DNA of 64,000 nt from NCBI GenBank assembly GCA_964531275.1, contig CAZHDZ010000005.1, positions 12,545 through 76,544 of the forward strand. The letters run 5' to 3'. Source of the stretch: an uncultured Gammaproteobacteria bacterium (GTDB taxonomy: Bacteria > Patescibacteriota > Microgenomatia > Levybacterales > GWA1-39-11). Shown in pieces: positions 9,535-15,406 of the stretch; positions within the stretch are counted from its first letter, which is position 1; each line of letters starts with the position of its first letter. The position numbers and the translations under genes are program-made. The notes below the pieces were generated by a model. That model was given only the letters and a program-made list of their open reading frames with translations, was not told where the DNA came from and made no database searches.

Positions 9535-10434
9535 TTATGGTGTTGGTGTTGGAGTTGAAGCTCCAGTGCATAGTCTACTCGTAATCGTTGAAAGGAGTCT
9601 TTTGACGTCATCTGCTGATTCGGCCGCATAATAATTCTCTGGTTTGCTTGCGATGCTTCTCAGCAAAGTCTCCATTTGAAAAACATATTGACGCTCGTCA
9701 GGTGAGAAGATGCCTAGGCTAAAAACATCCACACCAAGTGCTTTGATTTGGTCTGCTGGATTCGGGCTATATATTCTAGGGTCTTGATCAGCTCCTACAT
9801 TGCCAGGACAGGCAAAACCAGGGCATGGGCCACCATCAGAGATAAATATAAAAGTAAATTTTCGGTCAGCTGGAAATTTTGGAATAGATTCTTTTAAGTG
9901 GTTGTAGGAAAAGGTAAGTGCTTCATAAGTGGGAGTTGAGGATCTTCCTCCAATTGCATCAACTTTTGCCATAATGGTAGATTTAGTATCCCTGTAATAA
10001 GCAATAGGCACATCATTTGTAATACTTCCTGTCGTGAAAGATTGGATGCCAATTATTGAATCATCTTGCGTAGTGCCAATAAGTTCTTTAATAGCCTCTT
10101 TAAGGCGGGCAAGTTTGGAAACCTTAGAGCTAGTTAGTAGATTCATAGAGTCGGACTTGTCTACAAGGAAATCAACTGTTAGTGTGCTTGCGCATTCCTT
10201 GAATTTGATTGTTTTGAGTTGTAGGCCTTTTTGTTCGGGGTCAGGAGGTTCTGGAATAACTTCAAGGTCTCCTGTTGGTCCGGGATCTGAGTACATATTT
10301 TTTGGAGCAACACCTCGAGCGAGGAGTAGTCCCATGCCAATTGCAACTGTGATAAAACCAATAGTGAATATCGTACCTGGGCCGGTAAGACTTACGGTAA
10401 ATCCATACCCACCACGACGCTTATTCTTAGCCAT
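9535..10434 (-). CDS. von Willebrand factor type A (vWA) domain protein, membrane-anchored
   Basis: TM anchor, then the MIDAS motif DKSDSM, ...TPTYEAL..., ...FIFISDGGP. Ends in a TPTPTP tail. Confidence 0.7.
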   Translation of the reverse strand: MAKNKRRGGYGFTVSLTGPGTIFTIGFITVAIGMGLLLARGVAPKNMYSDPGPTGDLEVIPEPPDPEQKGLQLKTIKFKECASTLTVDFLVDKSDSMNLLTSSKVSKLARLKEAIKELIGTTQDDSIIGIQSFTTGSITNDVPIAYYRDTKSTIMAKVDAIGGRSSTPTYEALTFSYNHLKESIPKFPADRKFTFIFISDGGPCPGFACPGNVGADQDPRIYSPNPADQIKALGVDVFSLGIFSPDERQYVFQMETLLRSIASKPENYYAAESADDVKRLLSTITSRLCTGASTPTPTP

Positions 10435-10455
10435 AAATCATTGTAGTCACAGAGA

Positions 10456-10488
10456 ATGACTTGCGTCAATTTCTGAGTAGGGTTTAGC
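10456..10488 (-). promoter_or_regulatory. Sigma70-like promoter (TTGACG-N18-TACAAT) 5 nt upstream of the vWA-gene ATG, suggesting a leaderless or near-leaderless transcript; two CTAAACCC motifs lie just upstream
   Basis: The minus-strand sequence reads ctaaaccctagaccc..ctaaaccctactcagaaaTTGACGcaagtcattctctgtgacTACAATgatttATG. Coordinates are approximate. Confidence 0.4.
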
Positions 10489-10523
10489 TGTAAAAGGGTC
10501 TAGGGTTTAGATATACTAGAATT

Positions 10524-10892
10524 GTGAAATTAAATTCCTACAAAGACTTGATAGTTTGGCAAAAATCGATGGATTTGGCACGCCAAGTATATCTACTATC
10601 AAAATCTTTTCCAAAAGAAGAAACCTATGGATTAACTTCACAAATAAGACGTGCTGCTGTTTCGATACCTTCAAATATTGCCGAAGGCTATGCAAGGAAA
10701 TCCGTAAAAGAGTATTTACAGTTTTATTCCATTGCTTATGGTTCAACCTTAGAGCTTCAGACCCAATTGATGCTTTGCCATGACTTTAAGTACATCAGTG
10801 ATGGTAACTATAGGAATCTTGAATCTTTAATTGAAGAAGTTTCAAAAATGCTCCATTCTTTAATTTTAAAACTAAACACTAAACCCTCTTGA
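10524..10892 (+). CDS. Four-helix-bundle protein (23S rRNA intervening-sequence-protein family)
   Basis: Family pattern: ...YKDLIVWQKSMDLARQVY...FPKEE.YGLTSQIRRAAVSIPSNIAEGYAR.S.KEY.QF..IA.GS..ELQTQL. Confidence 0.75.
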   Translation: MKLNSYKDLIVWQKSMDLARQVYLLSKSFPKEETYGLTSQIRRAAVSIPSNIAEGYARKSVKEYLQFYSIAYGSTLELQTQLMLCHDFKYISDGNYRNLESLIEEVSKMLHSLILKLNTKPS

Positions 10893-10917
10893 ACTACACG
10901 CTCATTTGGGCTATAAT
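10889..10917 (+). promoter_or_regulatory. Sigma70-type promoter TTGAAC-N17-TATAAT for the rpsB operon, with a ~100-nt leader
   Basis: ttgaac at 10889-10894 and tataat at 10912-10917, an exact 17-bp spacer. Preceded by ctaaacactaaaccct. A GC-rich leader follows with a small hairpin (gtct atcc agac). Confidence 0.5.
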
Positions 10918-11018
10918 AGCTTTCATATCAACATGCTCTGGATTACTTCCTGGCTGAAAACGCCCCCAGATGCAGAGGTGAGCCGTCTATCCAGACGAGC
11001 CGCAAAAGGAATAAAAAA

Positions 11019-11792
11019 ATGAAACAAATTACACTAGAAGAATTATTAGAAGCTGGATGTCATTTTGGGCATCAAGTTAATAGAAGAAATCCAAAAGCTA
11101 ACCGCTATATTTTTGAAGCTCGTGGCGGAGTAAATATTATCAATCTTGAAGCAACTCAGGAAGGGATTATGGCCGCTGCTGAGTATGTAAGGGAATTGGG
11201 ACAAAAGGGTGGAAGCATGGTTGTTGTAGGTACAAAAAGACAAGCTCAGGCAATCGTTAAAGAAGAAGTAGAAAGAGCTCGAGAAGTAACCCCAGATACA
11301 ATACATTACATTATTTCTCGTTGGATTGGTGGAATTTTTACTAATTTTGAAGAGGTAAAGAAGAATTTTAAAAAACTTGTTGACCTTGAAAAGATTGTCA
11401 CCTCAGAAGACCGTGGTGGATATACAAAAAGAGAGGTTGGAATTTTTGAAAAAGAACTTATCAAGCTTAAAGATATCTATGGAGGACTTTTTACTATCAA
11501 GCAGGCACCTGATGCTGTATTTATAATTGATACTCACGGAGAAAACACTGCAGTAAGAGAAGCATCTCGCGTTGGCCTTAAAACAATCGGAATTACCGAC
11601 ACAAACGCAGATCCGTCTGAAGTTGATTTCTCAATTCCTGCAAATGATGATGCAGTAGGGTCTATAAAATTGATAACATCGTATTTGATAGATGCTTGGA
11701 TTGAAGGATCTAAGGAAAAAACAAAAGCAGATAACAAAGCAGCTGAGAAATTAGCTGAGGAGACAAGAAAAGCGAAGGTAGGAGATAAATAA
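11019..11792 (+). CDS. rpsB: 30S ribosomal protein S2
   Basis: LLEAGCHFGHQVNRRNPKANRYIF... is canonical S2. Confidence 0.95.
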   Translation: MKQITLEELLEAGCHFGHQVNRRNPKANRYIFEARGGVNIINLEATQEGIMAAAEYVRELGQKGGSMVVVGTKRQAQAIVKEEVERAREVTPDTIHYIISRWIGGIFTNFEEVKKNFKKLVDLEKIVTSEDRGGYTKREVGIFEKELIKLKDIYGGLFTIKQAPDAVFIIDTHGENTAVREASRVGLKTIGITDTNADPSEVDFSIPANDDAVGSIKLITSYLIDAWIEGSKEKTKADNKAAEKLAEETRKAKVGDK

Positions 11793-11881
11793 GCGTTTAG
11801 ATGAAGAAGCGTATAGCGTTTAGTTATAATACATTAACTAAGACCCTAAACCCTAAAAACTAAACCCTTGAACTATAAACT

Positions 11882-12334
11882 ATGGCAATTTCAGCACAAC
11901 AAATCAAAGAACTAAGAGAAAAGACTCAAGCAGGTTTTGCAGACTGCAAAATGGCTCTTGATGAGGCGAAGGGAGATATGAAAAAGGCAGAAGATATTCT
12001 TCGAAAGAAGGGTTTTGAAAAAGCTGCGAAAAAGTCAGATCGCGAGACAGGTCAAGGACTCGTAGAGAGTTATGTTCATCAGACTGGTAAAGTCGGTGTT
12101 CTTGTATCCATACTTTGCGAAACAGATTTTGTTGCAAGAACAGACGAATTCAAGCATTTAGCTCATGAAGTAGCCATGCAAATTGCTGCTATGAATCCAA
12201 AAGATATAGACATTCTTCTTAAGCAGGAATACATCAGAGATGGTTCTAGGACCATCAATGATTTAGTAACCGAAGCAATCGCTAAGCTTGGGGAAAATAT
12301 AAAAATAAGCGAATTCAAACGCTCCGAAATTTAA
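11882..12334 (+). CDS. tsf: Elongation factor Ts, short 150-aa form
   Basis: IKELREKTQAGFADCKMAL (UBA-like N-terminus) and VGVLVSILCETDFVARTDEF. It has only one core subdomain, as in small-genome lineages. Confidence 0.9.
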   Translation: MAISAQQIKELREKTQAGFADCKMALDEAKGDMKKAEDILRKKGFEKAAKKSDRETGQGLVESYVHQTGKVGVLVSILCETDFVARTDEFKHLAHEVAMQIAAMNPKDIDILLKQEYIRDGSRTINDLVTEAIAKLGENIKISEFKRSEI

Positions 12335-12795
12335 TGTCACGGGAAACTTCATTGTTTACACCGGCCCAACTGCAAGAAGCAGAGGAAATGGTGAATCACT
12401 TTCTGAATGGTCGCAACGATCAACTTGAAGATTCAAAGAACGCTGTTCTGGGGCTCGCTGAGGCTATGAAAGGCGAGGGAGACCCCACTTCAAAAGTTTT
12501 TAGGGTAGGGAATATCAGAGGGGGAATGGTCGAAGGTATTTCTTATCAGCTCGTATTTGCGCTAGAACAACGGGATGTGGATTTTTACGGTAGAAAAGCA
12601 GTAATTGGACTTGATAAAGATTCCTTTAGGACTTTTGATCGCACGCAAAGTGATCTCCGAGCGAGCTTTTTAGAATCGATGTACTCTGCAGAGCTTTCTC
12701 TTATGGAAAGCTATGTTGGTATAGATATTGGCCAGAGGGCTGCTTATAATAGCGCTGACCAGCAGAATTTTGATGTTATAGAAAGAATTGCATAA
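12334..12795 (+). CDS. Hypothetical protein occupying the usual pyrH position; translationally coupled to tsf (TAATG overlap)
   Basis: Start overlaps the tsf stop. No UMP-kinase motifs and no recognisable domain. Confidence 0.45.
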   Translation: MSRETSLFTPAQLQEAEEMVNHFLNGRNDQLEDSKNAVLGLAEAMKGEGDPTSKVFRVGNIRGGMVEGISYQLVFALEQRDVDFYGRKAVIGLDKDSFRTFDRTQSDLRASFLESMYSAELSLMESYVGIDIGQRAAYNSADQQNFDVIERIA

Positions 12796-12840
12796 ATCTT
12801 TGGATTTCCCTTTTTGTGAAAAGTAAAATATAATAGTTAA

Positions 12841-13953
12841 ATGTTACTGACAGTCATCTCCTTTATAATCATTCTCTCAATTCTTGTATTGATCCATGAA
12901 TTGGGTCATTACTTAGTTGCAAAGAAATTTGGAATCAAGGTGGAAGAGTTTGGTGTGGGATTTCCTCCGCGTGCTTTCGGCAAAAAGATCGGCGAGACAG
13001 TGTATTCAGTTAATTGGTTACCTATAGGTGGATTTGTGAAGCTATATGGTGAAGACAACGCAGGGGGTGGAAAAGTATCCCAATCCTCATCCACCAATCA
13101 CCAATCACCAGACACTGATATTAAGAGAGCGTTTTATGCACGACCTTTATGGCAGCGAATGGCTGTTGTGACAGCGGGGGTAATTATGAATTTCCTCCTT
13201 GCTGTAGTTCTTATTTCCTTCTTATTTTCAACTCAAGGAGTTCCTTTGCCATCAAGTGATGTTATCGTTTCAGGTATTTCTAAAAATTCTCCAGCGTCTG
13301 ATGCAGGGCTTCGGGTTGAGGATAGAATCTTAAAAATCAATGACAAAGCAATTAGTAAGACTGATGTATTTATTTCAGAGACCAAGAAAAATGCCGGTCA
13401 GGAAATACAGCTTTTAGTAAGAAGGGACGGAAAAGAATTTACAACAAGTCTAACTCCACGAATTAATCCTCCAAAAAATGAGGGGGCAATGGGAGTTAGT
13501 ATCACAAATATTATTGTTAAAAAATACACCTGGTATGAAGCACCTGTTTACGGAACTATTGAAGCCGGAAAATTCTCATGGCTAATCCTTTCAGGACTTG
13601 GCGGAATGGTAAGTGATCTAGTGCATGGAGGTGTAAAGCCTGAGAGCGTTGCAGGACCTATTGGAGTGGCCCAATTGACCGGGGAGGCAGTGCGGGCAGG
13701 ATGGTTTGCAGTTCTTTGGTTTGTTGCTTTGCTATCTCTTAATCTTGCAGTTCTTAATATCATGCCTATTCCTGCTCTTGATGGAGGTAGATTTTTCTTT
13801 ATGATAATCGAGCTTGTTACTCGACGAAAAGTTAGTCAGAAATATGAAGGATATGCTCACGCAGTGGGTCTGGTTGCTCTTCTCGGACTTATGCTTCTTA
13901 TAACGCTATTAGATCTTTCAAGACTCGTTCAGGGAAAGAGTATTCTTCCTTGA
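12841..13953 (+). CDS. rseP: RIP metalloprotease RseP (site-2 protease, M50) with PDZ domain
   Basis: HELGHYLVAKKFG (HExxH inside a TM helix), a central PDZ-like segment, and C-terminal LNLAVLNIMPIPALDGG. Confidence 0.85.
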   Translation: MLLTVISFIIILSILVLIHELGHYLVAKKFGIKVEEFGVGFPPRAFGKKIGETVYSVNWLPIGGFVKLYGEDNAGGGKVSQSSSTNHQSPDTDIKRAFYARPLWQRMAVVTAGVIMNFLLAVVLISFLFSTQGVPLPSSDVIVSGISKNSPASDAGLRVEDRILKINDKAISKTDVFISETKKNAGQEIQLLVRRDGKEFTTSLTPRINPPKNEGAMGVSITNIIVKKYTWYEAPVYGTIEAGKFSWLILSGLGGMVSDLVHGGVKPESVAGPIGVAQLTGEAVRAGWFAVLWFVALLSLNLAVLNIMPIPALDGGRFFFMIIELVTRRKVSQKYEGYAHAVGLVALLGLMLLITLLDLSRLVQGKSILP

Positions 13954-13991
13954 TTCTTGCTGCTAGGTTTGGTAACCTAGCAAACATAATA

Positions 13992-14555
13992 ATGGACAGC
14001 CAAATTCAACAACAGACAAGATCCAATATGGAGAAAGCCTTCTCTGTACTGAAAGAAGATTTTGGGACAGTTAAGACTGGGAAGGCAAACCCACAATTAG
14101 TGGAAAATATAGTAATTAATGCGTATGGAGGTACAGCGAAACTAAAGGTACTTGAGCTCGCAACCATTCATGTGCAAGATCACCAGACAATTCTTATTAC
14201 TCCTTTTGATTCATCAGTATTACGTGATATTGAAAAAGGAATTTCAGATAGCCAGATGGGTCTAGGTATTGCTGTAGACGGAACTAATATTCGTGTAAGT
14301 ATTCCACCGTTAACCCAGGAACGACGTGAGGAATTCGTTAAGCTTATTCATAAGAAGGCTGAAAATGGAAAAATAATGATCAGGCAAGCACGACAGGAGT
14401 CAAATGAAGTGATTGGAAAAGCTGAAAAAGATGGAGAAATTTCAGAAGATGATGAGAAAAGGATGGAAAAAGAAGTTCAGAAAATTACTGATGAATACAT
14501 CGCAAAAATAGAAGAGGCTTCAAAGTTGAAAGAGCAGGAACTGATGACAGTCTAA
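13992..14555 (+). CDS. frr: Ribosome recycling factor
   Basis: MDSQ...MEKAFSVLKEDFGTVKTGKANPQLVENIVINAYGG aligns with the E. coli RRF N-terminus, and the C-terminal ISEDDEKRMEKEVQKITDEYIAKIE matches too. The track ORF starts at 13950, but the homologous start is the ATG at 13992. Confidence 0.9.
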   Translation: MDSQIQQQTRSNMEKAFSVLKEDFGTVKTGKANPQLVENIVINAYGGTAKLKVLELATIHVQDHQTILITPFDSSVLRDIEKGISDSQMGLGIAVDGTNIRVSIPPLTQERREEFVKLIHKKAENGKIMIRQARQESNEVIGKAEKDGEISEDDEKRMEKEVQKITDEYIAKIEEASKLKEQELMTV

Positions 14556-14658
14556 ATAAAGCGTTTAGTAAAAAGCGTATAGCGTTCAGGGTTTAGTTTT
14601 TAAATTTTCTTCAACTAAGTACTGCTGCTAACCCCTAATTTTCTAAACCCTAAGTAAT

Positions 14659-15267
14659 ATGAAGATTCCCAGAGCGTTAGAACAAGTTATTGAAGGATTC
14701 GAACGGCTACCCGGTATTGGGCCTAAGTCGGCTCAACGTCTTGGCTTTTATCTTTTGCATGTTCCTCAAAGTGATTTGGATGATTTTGCTTACGCTCTCA
14801 CAAATCTTAAGAAAAATACCAAGATGTGTACTATTTGTTTTAATATAGGTACAACTGATGTTTGTGATGTATGCAGTGATTCCGAGCGCGACACAACTAC
14901 AATTTGTCTTGTAGAAGACGCTTTAGATGTAATAGCATTTGAAAAATCAGATAAATTTAAAGGTGTATATCATGTACTTCATGGAGTAATCGATCCATTA
15001 AATTCAATTGGTCCTGACGACATATATATTCCTCAATTACTCACAAGATTGAAGAATCAAAAGGGTGTTGTTGAAGAAATAATTATTGCTACAAATCCAA
15101 CAATGGAGGGGGAAGCAACTGCAATGTATTTAGTGAAGCAATTGAAGTCGCAATATCCAGAACTTACTATCTCAAGAATTGGAAGAGGGCTGCCAGTAGG
15201 TGCGGATATAGAATATGCTGATGAAGTAACTCTTACGCGAGCCCTCGAAGGAAGAAGCGAGTATTGA
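14659..15267 (+). CDS. recR: Recombination protein RecR
   Basis: HhH (LPGIGPKSAQRL), C4 zinc finger (CTICFNIGTTDVCDVC), Toprim domain. Confidence 0.9.
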   Translation: MKIPRALEQVIEGFERLPGIGPKSAQRLGFYLLHVPQSDLDDFAYALTNLKKNTKMCTICFNIGTTDVCDVCSDSERDTTTICLVEDALDVIAFEKSDKFKGVYHVLHGVIDPLNSIGPDDIYIPQLLTRLKNQKGVVEEIIIATNPTMEGEATAMYLVKQLKSQYPELTISRIGRGLPVGADIEYADEVTLTRALEGRSEY

Positions 15268-15273
15268 GGATGC

Positions 15274-15394
15274 GGGTCCTGCCATGTCTCACTCCCCATT
15301 TACTAAAATATTCACCCACTCTACAAATATAGGAATAGTTGTTCGCTTGTGAAATTTTTTCAATGGGACCCTTTCGACATGTCACCCGTGGGGT
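15274..15394 (+). repeat. Intergenic element copy A (family of at least three homologous elements directly after + strand stop codons)
   Basis: gggtcctgccatgtctcactccccatt...cactctac...tcaatgggaccc..cat..cccgtgggg. Homologous to 22776-22896 and 45514-45575. Confidence 0.55.
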
Positions 15395-15406
15395 ATGTAT
15401 GAAAGC

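Noticed and set aside
10516-10783. ORFs 10516-10746 (-) and 10556-10783 (+) overlapping the four-helix-bundle gene
   Set aside because: They are alternative frames and the antisense strand of a gene with a clear family match (10524-10892, +). No independent support.
11840-11870. Plant-telomere-like (CCCTAAA)n string gaccctaaaccctaaaaactaaaccc
   Set aside because: There are only about 2.5 units, and it is part of the recurring CTAAACCC promoter-proximal motif of this genome. It is not a telomeric or tandem satellite array.
12334-12795. Calling this ORF pyrH because of its position between tsf and frr
   Set aside because: It is 153 aa with none of the UMP-kinase/amino-acid-kinase fold motifs. 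Position alone is not evidence, so it is left as hypothetical.
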